From positions 4,000,001 through 4,064,000 of the forward strand of contig CBDFJQ010000002.1 in NCBI GenBank assembly GCA_965248575.1: a stretch of DNA of 64,000 bases, given 5' to 3'. Under the pieces are notes generated by a model. That model saw only the letters and a list, made by a program, of their open reading frames with translations, ran no database searches and was not told the DNA's origin. This document shows positions 10,058 through 22,608 of the stretch, piece after piece. Position 1 is the first letter of the stretch. Every line of letters starts with the position of its first letter. Source of the DNA: Planctomycetota bacterium. GTDB taxonomy: Bacteria > Planctomycetota > B15-G4. Position numbers and translations under genes: made by a program.

Positions 10058-11821
10058 ATGACCACCACCAACCAGACTCTCAAGACCTGGGTTGACGAAG
10101 TCGCCGCCCTCACCACGCCTGACGCCATCCAGTGGTGCGACGGTTCGCAGGAGGAGTACGACAAGCTGATCGAGCTGATGCTCGCCAACGGCACCATGGA
10201 GCAGCTCGACCAGGACAAATGGCCCGGGTGCTACTACCACCGCAGCGACTCTTCGGACGTCGCGCGTGTCGAGCACCTCACGTTCATCTGCAGCGAAGAC
10301 AAGGAGACCGCGGGCCCCAACAACAACTGGGAAGCCCCGGCCGTCATGAAGGAGAAGATGACGGGCCTCTTCAATGGCTGCATGAAGGGCCGCACGATGT
10401 ACGTCGTGCCTTACTGCATGGGTCCGGTGGGCTCGCCCTACAGCAAGGTGGGCGTCGAGATCACCGACAGCCCGTACGTCACGGCCAACATGAAGATCAT
10501 GACCCGCATGGGTCAGCAGGCCCTCGACAAGCTCGGTGACAGCACGGACTTCGTGAAGGGTCTGCACAGCACCGGCGAGTTGGATCCCGAGCGCCGCTAC
10601 ATCTGCCACTTCCCCGAGACCCGCGAGATCTGGTCCTTCGGTTCGGGCTACGGCGGCAACGCCCTGCTCGGCAAGAAGTGCCATGCGTTGCGAATCGCGT
10701 CTGCACAGGCGCGCGACGAAGGCTGGTTGGCCGAGCACATGCTCATCCTCGGTCTCGAGAACCCGCAGGGCGAGGTGAAGTACGTCACCGCCGCCTTCCC
10801 GAGCGCGTGCGGCAAGACGAACCTCGCCATGCTCATTCCCCCGGCACACTACAAGGGCTGGAAGGCCTGGTGTGTGGGTGACGACATCGCTTGGATGCGC
10901 TACGGCGAAGACGGTCGCCTGTACGCCATCAACCCAGAGGCTGGCTTCTTCGGTGTGGCCCCCGGCACCTCCGAGAAGACCAACAAGAACGCTCTCGAGT
11001 CGCTCAAGACGAACAGCATCTTCACCAACACGGCCATCACCTCCGATGGCCAGCCTTGGTGGGAAGGCCTCGGCGAACCACCGGCCAACGCGACGGATTG
11101 GCGTGGAAACGCCTGGACTCCCGCGACCGAGACGCCGGCTGCTCACCCGAACAGCCGCTTCACGGCGCCTGCCCAGCAGTGCCCCGTGGTCTCGCCCGAG
11201 ATGGAGAACCCGCAGGGTGTGCCCATCGATGCCATGATCTTCGGTGGCCGCCGCGCCAAGACCGCACCGCTGGTTTTCGAAGCCTTCAACTGGGAGCACG
11301 GCGTCTACGTCGGCGCCATGGCTGCCTCCGAGACCACGGCCGCCGCGACGGGTGCTGTGGGTGTCGTGCGCCGTGACCCGATGGCCATGAAGCCGTTCTG
11401 TGGCTACAACTTCGCCGACTACTTCAGCCACTGGCTGGAGATGGGCAAGAAGTCCGACAAGGCTCCGAAGATCTTCCACGTCAACTGGTTCCGCCAGGAT
11501 GACCAGGGCAAGTTCATCTGGCCCGGCTTCGGCGACAACATGCGTGTGTTGGAGTGGATCCTGAAGCGTTGCGCCGACGAGGCGGACGCGGTGGAAACGC
11601 CCATCGGTCATGTTCCTGCTCCGGGCACCCTCGATCTCGAAGGCATCGACATCGACGAGATCACCCTCGAGCGCCTGCTGGGTGTCGACCCCGAGGCGTG
11701 GCAGTCCGAGCTGGAAGGCCAGAAGGAGTTCCTCGAGCAGTTCGGTGAGCGCATGCCCGCCGAGATGTGGACGCAGTTCGAGCAGCTCAAGGAACGGCTC
11801 TCCGCCGTCAGCGCGAGCTGA
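10058..11821 (+). CDS. pckG: Phosphoenolpyruvate carboxykinase (GTP)
   Basis: [52 protein letters not shown] motifs. Confidence 0.97.
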   Translation: MTTTNQTLKTWVDEVAALTTPDAIQWCDGSQEEYDKLIELMLANGTMEQLDQDKWPGCYYHRSDSSDVARVEHLTFICSEDKETAGPNNNWEAPAVMKEKMTGLFNGCMKGRTMYVVPYCMGPVGSPYSKVGVEITDSPYVTANMKIMTRMGQQALDKLGDSTDFVKGLHSTGELDPERRYICHFPETREIWSFGSGYGGNALLGKKCHALRIASAQARDEGWLAEHMLILGLENPQGEVKYVTAAFPSACGKTNLAMLIPPAHYKGWKAWCVGDDIAWMRYGEDGRLYAINPEAGFFGVAPGTSEKTNKNALESLKTNSIFTNTAITSDGQPWWEGLGEPPANATDWRGNAWTPATETPAAHPNSRFTAPAQQCPVVSPEMENPQGVPIDAMIFGGRRAKTAPLVFEAFNWEHGVYVGAMAASETTAAATGAVGVVRRDPMAMKPFCGYNFADYFSHWLEMGKKSDKAPKIFHVNWFRQDDQGKFIWPGFGDNMRVLEWILKRCADEADAVETPIGHVPAPGTLDLEGIDIDEITLERLLGVDPEAWQSELEGQKEFLEQFGERMPAEMWTQFEQLKERLSAVSAS

Positions 11822-13071
11822 CCCCCAACCCGCGCGCAACCCTCGGGCTGTGCAGTGCCGGGCACGCTTTGTGTCACGGCACCAAGATGGCTTTGCCGGC
11901 CATCACGCTGTCCGTGGCAGCGCGGGACTTCGAAGTGGGCGAGCCGCAGATCGGGCTGGCCCTGTCGGCGTACACCGTGGGCATGGCGTTGTCCTCGGTG
12001 CCGGCAGGGCTGCTCGGCGACCGCTTCGGGCCGACGAAGGTCCTGGCGGCCTTCTTCTGGTTGTTGGCGGCCGCAGCGCTGGGCTGCGCCTTCGCACCGA
12101 CCTACGGGCTGCTGCTCATCGCGCACAGTCTGTTGGGCCTGTCGGCGGGTCTGTTCCATCCCGCCGGACTGAGCCTCGTGTCCCTGAGCGTTGAGCCCTC
12201 CCGCTTGGGCAGGGCCATGGGCTCCTTCGGGCTCATCGGTGGCCTCGGCTGGTTCTCGGTGCCCTTGCTCATGAACACGGGCATGGGTTGGCGCACAGGC
12301 TTCCAGGTGATCGCAGCGGCGAGCGCGCTGGGTGCTGTCGTGACCCATGTGATGGTCGCTCGGGGCCTCGTCCAGTGGGGGACCACGGAACATGGCAGCA
12401 CGCCGGAGGGGTCGGCTGGGGCCACGACCCCGGGGGCATCTCCGGGCAGGGCACCGGCTCCGGCGTCCCTGGCTGGTACGGGAAGGGCCCGGATCATCCT
12501 GCTCGTCTCGCTCCTGGCCGCCATGGGTATCAATGCGTTCTCCATGGACGGCTTCCTTGTCATGTTCCCGGAGACGGTGAACAGTCTGGGCACCTGGATC
12601 GTCGAGGAGCACGTACTCATCGCGAGTGTGATGGCGGTGGGAGCGCTCGGTCAGTACGTGGGCGGCTTCCTCGCCCGGGATCAGTTTGCGGCATCACGCT
12701 ACGCCGTGCTGCTGGTACTGCAGCCGCTGACGCTCTTCAGCCTGGCCCAGTCGCTGGGCGAGCCCGCCTGGCCCTTCATGCTCATGGGCAGCTTTGCGTT
12801 CTTGAATTTCATGACCCAGCCGATCGAGAACAAGTTGCTTGCCGTCTACACCTCGGCGCGTCGGCGAGCGACGGCTTTCGCGTTCAAGTTCGTGGTGGCG
12901 CTGCTCGTTGCGTCGCCGGCGGCGGTCTTGGTGGCGACGCTGTTTGCAGAGGAGCGCTGGGGCTTTCCTGCGATCTACCGCGTGCTCTCCTCGGTGGGCA
13001 TGCTGGGCGTGATTGCCGGCTATGCCTTCCTGCGGCTGAGCCGGTTGGCTGGGCGCCCCTCCCGCTCCTAG
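11818..13071 (+). CDS. MFS transporter (start uncertain: CTG 11818, GTG 11767 or ATG 11887)
   Basis: About 12 TM helices; motif [16 protein letters not shown]. Confidence 0.85.
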   Translation: MTPNPRATLGLCSAGHALCHGTKMALPAITLSVAARDFEVGEPQIGLALSAYTVGMALSSVPAGLLGDRFGPTKVLAAFFWLLAAAALGCAFAPTYGLLLIAHSLLGLSAGLFHPAGLSLVSLSVEPSRLGRAMGSFGLIGGLGWFSVPLLMNTGMGWRTGFQVIAAASALGAVVTHVMVARGLVQWGTTEHGSTPEGSAGATTPGASPGRAPAPASLAGTGRARIILLVSLLAAMGINAFSMDGFLVMFPETVNSLGTWIVEEHVLIASVMAVGALGQYVGGFLARDQFAASRYAVLLVLQPLTLFSLAQSLGEPAWPFMLMGSFAFLNFMTQPIENKLLAVYTSARRRATAFAFKFVVALLVASPAAVLVATLFAEERWGFPAIYRVLSSVGMLGVIAGYAFLRLSRLAGRPSRS

Positions 13072-13277
13072 GCTTCGCCGCCGGGGCCAGCTGGGTCGGG
13101 GCCCGGGCCTGGGATCTTCGCATCCCGTCGGGAGTTGCTCGGGCTCGCAGTTGAGACCTGCAGCGCCCTGGGGGAATTGTTGACGTAGACTCGTGGACCG
13201 GTTCGCAGTACTGGTTCACGGCAGGGGCTCACGGGTGAGTCCGGGGCGAAGCCATCGAGATGGAGTCGTAGAAGAAG

Positions 13278-14141
13278 ATGACGCAGACCAATCTTGTTCC
13301 GCCGCAGACGCAGGTGCCTGACACGGTCCATGTCGACTCACTGGACCGTGAGACCTTCCTGCGCGACTACGTGACCGCTGGCAGGCCGCTGCTGATCCAG
13401 GGCGCCATGGACGATTGGAAGGCCTTGGAGGCCTGGAACGACCTGGCCTACCTCAAGAGCCAGGCGGGGGAGCGGCGTGTGCACGCCACCAATGTGGAGT
13501 CCGGCGGCCACGCGCAGGTCTCCCTGGCAGACTTCTGGAACAACATCTGCACCGACGGAAAGGATCCCCACGCCTACATCAACGCCATCGTGGAGCTGCG
13601 CGGCAAGGACGGTGTTCTTGGCAACTTGAAGGGCGATCTCGGTCGCGCTCCATTCCTGGACCCGGCCGACCACATCTCGACCCATGTGTTTGCCGGTCGC
13701 GACAGCCGCTGCGGTTTGCACTACCACCCGGCGACCGAGGCCTTCATGTGCCAGTTGGTGGGGCCGAAGCGCGTGCTGCTCTTTCCGCCGGAGGCCTCGC
13801 CCAAGATCTACCCCGTGGTCTGGCATTCAGCGCACGTGACCTTCAGCAAGGCAGTCTTCGAGCGCACGGGAGAGTGGCCCGACCTGAACGAGTACCCGTT
13901 GATGGCCGAAACTCGGCCCTACGAAGTGACGGCTCAACCCGGGGACATGCTCTACATCCCCATCTTCTGGTGGCATGTGGTGTTCGGCATGGGGACTTCA
14001 GTGTGTGCAGCCATGCACTACCCGGCGACGATCCGGAAGCGCTTCTTCACGCGCATGGGGCTGCGTAGCAACTACATCAACGGCAAGGTCATCCGCTACA
14101 ACTGGCGCCTGCTCACCGGTGGGTGGAAGCACCGCGGGTAG
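13278..14141 (+). CDS. JmjC/cupin-8 family putative 2-oxoglutarate/Fe(II) oxygenase
   Basis: FLRDYV...RPLLI...W; LHYH...GPKRVLLFPP; PGDMLYIPIFWWHVV. Confidence 0.85.
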   Translation: MTQTNLVPPQTQVPDTVHVDSLDRETFLRDYVTAGRPLLIQGAMDDWKALEAWNDLAYLKSQAGERRVHATNVESGGHAQVSLADFWNNICTDGKDPHAYINAIVELRGKDGVLGNLKGDLGRAPFLDPADHISTHVFAGRDSRCGLHYHPATEAFMCQLVGPKRVLLFPPEASPKIYPVVWHSAHVTFSKAVFERTGEWPDLNEYPLMAETRPYEVTAQPGDMLYIPIFWWHVVFGMGTSVCAAMHYPATIRKRFFTRMGLRSNYINGKVIRYNWRLLTGGWKHRG

Positions 14142-14282
14142 CCGGCACGACGCCGCTCAGGTGACAGACGCGTCAGGCGATTGACCGACGCAGCAGGCGA
14201 TGTGCGCTGAGTCGTTCCGGCCCGGCGCGGCTTCGTTCGGCCTGTGTCGGCCTGAGTCGGCGAATCGTTTACAACCTTCGCC

Positions 14283-16397
<2,115 letters not shown>

Positions 16398-16479
16398 TCG
16401 ATCTTGAACGACGCCTTGAAGGGCGCTCGATGCGGTTCGCCGGAACGCACCTTGAGCATGCTCGGAAGCTGGACGCCTC

Positions 16480-16905
16480 CTAGCCGCAGAGTTCTTCGTA
16501 GGTCGAGGCGTTGTTCTCGACGGGCAGGTTGGAGTCGGCCCAGCCGGGGCTGATGACCTGCCCCATGGGGTCGCGCTTGCCGCCGTATCCGCCTTCGACG
16601 TTGACGAGGTTTTCATAACCCACGGCGGCCAACTCGTTGCACGCGTTCAGCGAACGCACGCCGGCTTGGCACGACAGGTACATGCGCGTGTCCACCGGGA
16701 AGTGCTTCTGCACGGTGGGCGCGAAGTCCGGGTTGGGCGCCATCTGCCCGCTGACAGGATTCACGGTGGCCCAGGGCACGTTGATGGCGCCGGCCGGGTG
16801 GCCCTGCTCGTACTCACTCGACGTGCGTACGTCGAGGAAGCGGCACTCGGTCTCACCCTGCATCGCTGCATGTGCGGACGCGGGGTTCATGGACTCAATC
16901 GGCAC
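16480..16905 (-). CDS. Rhodanese-like sulfurtransferase domain protein
   Basis: LDVRTxxEYxxGHPxGAINVP; catalytic CQAGVRS. Confidence 0.9.
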   Translation of the reverse strand: MPIESMNPASAHAAMQGETECRFLDVRTSSEYEQGHPAGAINVPWATVNPVSGQMAPNPDFAPTVQKHFPVDTRMYLSCQAGVRSLNACNELAAVGYENLVNVEGGYGGKRDPMGQVISPGWADSNLPVENNASTYEELCG

Positions 16906-16908
16906 GGC

Positions 16909-17121
16909 TCAGGCTTCCGCCATGCGCGCAACGCCCTTGGCGCGGTCACCATTGTCGCCGGCCTCGATCTCGAACTCGACGCTGATGCCCTCTTCGAGCG
17001 TCTTGAAACCTTCGCCCTCGATGTCGCTGTAGTGGACGAAGACATCCTTGCTCCGACCTTCGACCTCGATGAACCCGTACCCCTTGCTGTCACTGAACCA
17101 CTTCACTTTGCCGACGGCCAT
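16909..17121 (-). CDS. Cold-shock protein (70 aa)
   Basis: [15 protein letters not shown] (RNP1) and DVFVHYS (RNP2); ATG at 17121 with GGGAG upstream. The ORF track over-extends this frame. Confidence 0.95.
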   Translation of the reverse strand: MAVGKVKWFSDSKGYGFIEVEGRSKDVFVHYSDIEGEGFKTLEEGISVEFEIEAGDNGDRAKGVARMAEA

Positions 17122-17262
17122 GGACGTGAAACTCCCTGCGATGGACTGATTGCTGCGTGGACGCAACCTCTGACATGTTCGGGGCCAAGGACTTCGGCTC
17201 CCCCGCGCGTCGGATGATACCGGAGGTTTCAAAATCGCGTCAGGGGCTCTAACCTCACGCCC

Positions 17263-18264
17263 ATGCTGTCCGGAACGCTGCGCACGCTCGTGCACGAAAG
17301 CTCTCTTCTCGCCGGGAATCCCCTCGGTGACCCGTCGCTGCGTGAGTTGCCCATCTACCTCCCGCCGGAGTCTGCTGGCGCTGCCACGGACTTGCCCCTG
17401 ATTGCCGTTCTTGCGGGTTATGGCGGCAATGGGCGCAGTGCGCTGCACGGGACGCCCTGGGGGCCATCCTTTCCCGAGCGCTACGAACGGCTGCTGAAAG
17501 CCGGGCAATGCGAACCGGCTGCATTCATCTTTCCTGACGCGTGGACGCGCTTCGGCGGCAGCCAGTACATGAATTCGAACGCCACCGGTCGCTACGAAGA
17601 TTGGTTGGTGGACGAGGTGTTCCCGTTCGCTGAGCAGCAGTGCGGTGTGGGGGGCAGGCCCCAACGGCGGGGCCTCATGGGCAAGTCCTCAGGGGGTTTC
17701 GGTGCCCTGCACACCTGCCTCAATCGTCCGGGTGAGTTCTCGGCCCTCGCGAGCCACAGCGGCGATGCCTACTTCGAGCTGGGTTACAAACCCGAGTTCG
17801 GGCGCCTGCTGGAGATGCTCGACAAGCACGGCGGGGTCGAGGCTTTCGTCAAGGCCTTCGAGGCAGCCCAGAAGGTGTCGACGCCCATGTTCATCGCCAT
17901 GAGCGTGCTGGCCATGGCATCGGTCTATTCGCCGGACCCCAGCGAGCCCTTCGGCTTGGCCCTGCCTGTGAACCTGCGCACGGGGACCCTGCGTGACGAC
18001 GTCTGGGCCCGCTGGCTGGAACACGACCCCGTGGGCATGTGTGAGCGTGGTGGCGCCGTGTTGAAGGACTACGCCTGCGTCTTCGTGGACGCGGGCCTGT
18101 CGGATGAGTACCACCTCCAGTTCGGCGCACGCCAGGTGGTGGATGCCCTCCGCGGGCACGGTGTCGCTGTGGAGCACCAGGAGTTCGACGGTGGGCACAT
18201 GGGTGTCAGCTATCGCTTCGACAGTTCTTTGCCGCTTATGACAGCTGCCCTGTCCCGCGACTGA
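17263..18264 (+). CDS. Alpha/beta hydrolase, enterochelin-esterase-like
   Basis: GNPLGDP..R..IYLPP; nucleophile GKSSGG; DEY and GGH positions for the acid and His. Confidence 0.85.
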   Translation: MLSGTLRTLVHESSLLAGNPLGDPSLRELPIYLPPESAGAATDLPLIAVLAGYGGNGRSALHGTPWGPSFPERYERLLKAGQCEPAAFIFPDAWTRFGGSQYMNSNATGRYEDWLVDEVFPFAEQQCGVGGRPQRRGLMGKSSGGFGALHTCLNRPGEFSALASHSGDAYFELGYKPEFGRLLEMLDKHGGVEAFVKAFEAAQKVSTPMFIAMSVLAMASVYSPDPSEPFGLALPVNLRTGTLRDDVWARWLEHDPVGMCERGGAVLKDYACVFVDAGLSDEYHLQFGARQVVDALRGHGVAVEHQEFDGGHMGVSYRFDSSLPLMTAALSRD

Positions 18265-18378
18265 GCCGCGACTGAGCCGGCTCGATGCCGACCCGATCAG
18301 GTTGCTAGAGTGGCGCGCCCCTTGGCTGGCGTCGCGGAGTGTTCCACGAGCCTGAGGAGGGTCCGGCAGAGCCCCACC

Positions 18379-18858
18379 TTGAGAATCCTCCACTTCCAGC
18401 TGAACGGCGACGACGTCGAGATCGCCGCACCGGACCACTGGACCTTGCTCGAGGTGATCCGCTACCGCGCCGGGCTGACCGGCAGCAAGCAGGGCTGCGA
18501 CAAGGGTGACTGCGGTGCGTGCACCCTGCATGTGGATGGCAAGTCGATCCTGTCGTGCCTGACGCTGGCAGCGGATGTTGACGGTCGCAGCGTCACCACC
18601 ATCGAGGGCCTGGTGGGCCCCGAAGGCCCCGACGTCGTGCAGGACTGTTTCGACGAGGCGGGGGCCCTACAGTGCGGCTTCTGCCAGCCGGGCATGATGA
18701 TGGCCGCGCGCCAGTTGGTGACCGAGAAGCCCGGTGCCACTCGCGACGACATCAAGGCGGCGCTCTCCAGCAACCTCTGTCGCTGCACGGGCTACACGAA
18801 GATCTACGCTGCGGTCGAGGAGGCCTGCCGCCGGCAGCGTGAGGGCGCTGCCTCGTGA
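18379..18858 (+). CDS. [2Fe-2S]x2 small subunit of a xanthine-oxidase-family enzyme (HcrC/CoxS-like)
   Basis: GCDKGDCGACT, SC, QCGFCQPG, CRCTGY; probable TTG start at 18379. Confidence 0.93.
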   Translation: MRILHFQLNGDDVEIAAPDHWTLLEVIRYRAGLTGSKQGCDKGDCGACTLHVDGKSILSCLTLAADVDGRSVTTIEGLVGPEGPDVVQDCFDEAGALQCGFCQPGMMMAARQLVTEKPGATRDDIKAALSSNLCRCTGYTKIYAAVEEACRRQREGAAS

Positions 18859-21218
18859 ACGAGCGCAAGAGCATCAACCGCACCCATGGCCCGGATGCTC
18901 CCTTTGGAGAGTTCAGCAGGGTCGGCAAGCGGGCCCGCAAGGTGGACAGCATGGCCGTCGCCACGGGCCAGGCGATCTACACCGACGACATCCAGCTGCC
19001 GCGCATGCTGCACGCGAAGTTCCTGCGCAGCCCCCACGCCCACGCGCGGATCCTGTCCATCGACACGAGCCGGGCCGAGGCGCTGCCCGGCGTGCACGCC
19101 GTGGTCGTCGGCAGCGAGTTGCCCATCGGGTACGGCGTCATCCCGTGGACCATGGACGAGACCGCGCTGGCCGTGGACAAGGTGCGCTTCATCGGTGACG
19201 AGGTGGCCGCGGTGGCCGCGGTGGACGAGGACACGGCCAACGCTGCGGTGCTGCTGATCGATGTGGAGTACGAGCTGCTGAAGCCGTACTTCGACCCGCA
19301 GGAGGCGGCGCAGCAACACGACCCCGCCATCCACGAGGACAACCGCAAGGGCAACATCTCCAAGCACGTGCTGCTCGAGTTCGGCGCCGTCGACGAGGCC
19401 CTCGACGGCAGCGCGGTCTGCATCGAAGACGACTACAGCTTCCACGGTACGGCCCACGCGCCCATCGAGCCGCACTGCGCCGTGGCGCGCTGGTCCGGCG
19501 ATGGCGTGCTCACCCTCTGGTCGTCGACGCAGATCCCGCACTATGTGCACCGGCTGCTGGCGTCGGTGCTGGAGATGCCTGCGCACCGCATCCGGGTCAT
19601 CCAGCCCTATCTGGGCGGCGCCTTCGGTGGCAAGAGCGACCCCTTTAGCCACGAGTTCTGCGTGGCATTGCTGGCCAAGAAGGCCGGGCGCCCGGTGAAG
19701 ATGCTGCTCACCCGCGAGGAGACCTTCTACACCCATCGCGGTCGTCACCCCATGCAGATGAATTTCCGCACGGGGTGCGACGAGCACGGCAAGATCACCG
19801 CCGTGGACAGCAAGATCCTCATCGACGGGGGCTCCTATTCCTCCTTCGGCCTGGTCACCACCTACTACTCGGGCCAGCTGTTGTGTGGGCCCAGCGACTT
19901 CCCGACCTATCGATTCGACAGCACGCGCGTGTTCACGAACAAGCCGCCTTGCGGCCCGAAGCGTGGCCACGGTTCGGTGCAGCCGCGTTTTGCCCTGGAG
20001 ATCCAGCTGGATCGCATGGCGACGCAGCTCGGCATCGACCCGATCGAGTTCCGGCGGCTCAACTGCCAGGGCGAACACATCAAGACCGTGAATGGGCAGA
20101 CGGTCACCTCCAACGGCTTCCTGCGGTGCCTGGAGGCGGTGGAGAAGGCCAGCGGTTGGAAGCAGAAGCGCGGCAAGCTCCCGCCCAACCGGGGCATCGG
20201 CATCGCCGGCTCCATGTACATCTCGGGCACCAACTACTGCGTTTATCCCAACGACATGCCCCAGGCCGGGATCCTCGTGAAGCTGGACCGTTCGGGGCTG
20301 GCCACGGTCTTCACCGGTACGTCCGACATCGGGCAAGGGTGCACATCGGTGATGGCCACCTTGGTCGCCGAAGAGCTGGGCTTGCGCCTCGACCAGGTGC
20401 GCGTGGCTACGACGGACTCCGACCTCTGTCCGGTCGACCTCGGCGCCTACAGCAGCCGCATCACGCTCATGGCCGGCAACGCCGCCGTGGACGCCGGGCG
20501 AAAGTTGCGCAAGCAGGTGCAGGAGGCGGTGGGAGAGAAGCTGGGCATCCCGACGAAGCGCGTCATGTTGGCGGATGGTTTCGCCTTCGACCGCGAAGAC
20601 GGCGACCAGCGCCTCACGACCCAGGAAGCCTTCCAACTCGCCGAGGCCAAGTTCGAGACCCTCTCGGCCTCGGGCAGCTACAACACGCCCGAGCGCGGGG
20701 GCGACTACCGCGGCGGCACCATCGGCGCCTCACCGGCCTACTCCTTCACGGCGCACGTCGCCGAAGTCGAGCTGGACCCTGAGACCGGTGAGATCCACGT
20801 GGAGAAGCTCTGGATCGCCCACGACTGCGGCCGTGCCATCAGCCCTGTGCAGGTGGAAGGGCAGATCGAAGGCAGCACCTACATGGGGGTGGCGGAGATC
20901 CAGCTCGAGCACCACGAGGTGTACGGGGGCGAGATGGCGGAGTCGGGGCTGCACAGGCGGCCTTCCTTGCTGGAGTACACGATCCCTACCACGGTCGACA
21001 CGCCGGAGTTCGAGGCCTTGATCGTGGAGTCCATCGACCCCGAGGGGCCGTATGGGGCGAAGGAAGCCGGCGAAGGTCCACTGCACGGCTCACTGCCCGC
21101 AGTGGCCAACGCCATCTATGACGCCTGCGGGGTGTGGATGACCAAGTTGCCCTTCACGCCTGGAAGTGTCTTGGCGGCCTTGAAGTCACGTGATGCTGCC
21201 GAAGAGGAGGCTCGCTGA
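18855..21218 (+). CDS. Molybdopterin-binding large subunit, 4-hydroxybenzoyl-CoA reductase alpha-like
   Basis: RSPHAHARI, GGAFGGK, RGHG, DIGQG, GAYSSR, GAKEAGEG; GTGA overlap with the small subunit. Confidence 0.9.
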   Translation: MNERKSINRTHGPDAPFGEFSRVGKRARKVDSMAVATGQAIYTDDIQLPRMLHAKFLRSPHAHARILSIDTSRAEALPGVHAVVVGSELPIGYGVIPWTMDETALAVDKVRFIGDEVAAVAAVDEDTANAAVLLIDVEYELLKPYFDPQEAAQQHDPAIHEDNRKGNISKHVLLEFGAVDEALDGSAVCIEDDYSFHGTAHAPIEPHCAVARWSGDGVLTLWSSTQIPHYVHRLLASVLEMPAHRIRVIQPYLGGAFGGKSDPFSHEFCVALLAKKAGRPVKMLLTREETFYTHRGRHPMQMNFRTGCDEHGKITAVDSKILIDGGSYSSFGLVTTYYSGQLLCGPSDFPTYRFDSTRVFTNKPPCGPKRGHGSVQPRFALEIQLDRMATQLGIDPIEFRRLNCQGEHIKTVNGQTVTSNGFLRCLEAVEKASGWKQKRGKLPPNRGIGIAGSMYISGTNYCVYPNDMPQAGILVKLDRSGLATVFTGTSDIGQGCTSVMATLVAEELGLRLDQVRVATTDSDLCPVDLGAYSSRITLMAGNAAVDAGRKLRKQVQEAVGEKLGIPTKRVMLADGFAFDREDGDQRLTTQEAFQLAEAKFETLSASGSYNTPERGGDYRGGTIGASPAYSFTAHVAEVELDPETGEIHVEKLWIAHDCGRAISPVQVEGQIEGSTYMGVAEIQLEHHEVYGGEMAESGLHRRPSLLEYTIPTTVDTPEFEALIVESIDPEGPYGAKEAGEGPLHGSLPAVANAIYDACGVWMTKLPFTPGSVLAALKSRDAAEEEAR

Positions 21219-22231
21219 TGCTGCGTCTGCCGAGCTTCCGCCATGAGTCGCCTGCGACCGTCGAAGAAGCCGTGGCCTTGTTGGCCGAACACCCTGGCCG
21301 CGCGCGCCTGCTGGCCGGTGGCACCGACATCCTGCCCAACCTCAAGCACGGCATCGAAGAGGCTGACGTGCTCGTCTCCCTGGCCAAGCTCAAGGGGCTC
21401 GACGCGGTCCGGGAGGTCGAGAGTGGGCAGGCGGCGGGCGGGCTCGAGCTGGGGGCGATGCTCTCGCTCGAGGCCTTGGCCGAGCACCCGCTGGTGTTGG
21501 CGCGCTATCCGGCGCTGGCGACGGCGGCGGGCTTGGTGGCCGGACCGCACCATCGACGCATGGGGACGCTGGGCGGCAACGTCTGCCTCAACACCCGCTG
21601 CGTGTACATCAACCAGAGCCACTTCTGGCGCGAGTCCTTGGGCTACTGCCTCAAGAAGGATGGCGAGGCGTGCCATGTGGTGAAGGGTGGCAAGCGTTGC
21701 GTGGCGGCGGCCAGCAATGACACCGCCCCGGTGCTGACGACCTTGGGTGCCAGCCTGCGCTTGCGCAGCCATGCCCGTGGGGTGCGCGAGCTGTCGATCG
21801 CAGATTTCTACGTGTTGGACGGCGTCCACAACAAGCTGCTGGAGGCCGACGAACTCCTGGAGTGCGTGGTGATCCCTCCGCCGCCGGCCGGGCTGCATTC
21901 GGCCTATGAGAAGCTCCGGCCCCGGGGGAGCATCGACTTCCCTCGGCTGTCCGTGGCGGTGGCGTTCCGGCTGGAGAACGACCTGGTCAGGGAGCTCGAG
22001 ATCGTGGTCTCCGCCCTGGCTGCCCGCCCGACCCGCTTGAAGCGTGTTGGGGAGCTCTCCGAGGGTCGGGTGCTGGATGACGCCTTGCTGGAGGAGCTGG
22101 CTGCAGCGGCCTTCAAGCAGTGCCACCCACTCACCAACATTGATGGGGATGCCACCTACCGTCGGGAGATGGTTCCCGTCTTCGTGAAGCGGGCCATTCG
22201 CCAGGCCAGGGACGCTGGGCAATCGAGCTGA
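21218..22231 (+). CDS. FAD-binding medium subunit with [4Fe-4S] insertion, 4-hydroxybenzoyl-CoA reductase beta-like
   Basis: LAGGTD, GTLGGN, and the insertion RCVYINQSHFWRESLGYCLKKDGEACHVVKGGKRC. Confidence 0.9.
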   Translation: MLRLPSFRHESPATVEEAVALLAEHPGRARLLAGGTDILPNLKHGIEEADVLVSLAKLKGLDAVREVESGQAAGGLELGAMLSLEALAEHPLVLARYPALATAAGLVAGPHHRRMGTLGGNVCLNTRCVYINQSHFWRESLGYCLKKDGEACHVVKGGKRCVAAASNDTAPVLTTLGASLRLRSHARGVRELSIADFYVLDGVHNKLLEADELLECVVIPPPPAGLHSAYEKLRPRGSIDFPRLSVAVAFRLENDLVRELEIVVSALAARPTRLKRVGELSEGRVLDDALLEELAAAAFKQCHPLTNIDGDATYRREMVPVFVKRAIRQARDAGQSS

Positions 22232-22302
22232 GGCCTACCCAAACCGGGCACAAGGCCGGGTAGGCGTCTTGCCGATGGAATGCCAGACAACCTGAGCCCT
22301 GC

Positions 22303-22332
22303 TTGCCGGGCAATCGACGGACCCGCTAGACT
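22303..22332 (+). promoter_or_regulatory. Possible sigma70-type promoter (TTGCCG-N18-TAGACT)
   Basis: About 60 bp upstream of the SxtJ-like gene; the same -10 hexamer occurs at 46298. Confidence 0.35.
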
Positions 22333-22391
22333 CCGCGGTTTCCGTCCGGCGTGCCTCGGCCCACGTATCCCCTCCTCCACCGAAGACCCCT

Positions 22392-22604
22392 ATGTTCCAG
22401 CCTGTTCTCGCCTTCCTGGAGCGCTTCGGCAACGTCATCGGACGTTTCCTGCTGACGATCGTGTACTTCGTCGCAGTGGCGCCGGTCGCCATCGTCTACC
22501 GCTCGGTGGCCGATGTTCTGCTGACCAAGACGGCCCCGACCACGACCTTCCGGGATTGGGATTCCATCAACGAGACGCTCGAAGACGCACGGCGGCAGGA
22601 CTGA
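22392..22604 (+). CDS. SxtJ-like small membrane protein
   Basis: FGNVIGRFLLTIVYFVAVAPVA...RRQ, next to a carbamoyltransferase. Confidence 0.75.
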   Translation: MFQPVLAFLERFGNVIGRFLLTIVYFVAVAPVAIVYRSVADVLLTKTAPTTTFRDWDSINETLEDARRQD

Positions 22605-22608
22605 CTCC

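Noticed and set aside
9977..11839. Long antisense ORFs (e.g. 620 aa opposite pckG, 610 aa opposite the Mo subunit, 500 aa at 5201..6703, 409 aa opposite the carbamoyltransferase)
   Set aside because: Typical stop-poor shadow frames of high-GC coding sequence; no recognisable motifs.
18256..18279. Direct repeat CGCGACTGAGC x2 at the esterase stop as a target-site duplication
   Set aside because: Adjacent tandem copy with no element between; most likely replication slippage.
18311..18326. Sigma-54 promoter for the molybdoenzyme operon (TGGCGC-N5-TTGG)
   Set aside because: The -12 element has GG rather than the conserved GC.
18855..21218. Aerobic CO dehydrogenase (CoxL)
   Set aside because: Lacks the AYxCSFR / AYxGAGR active-site loop; has RGHG instead.
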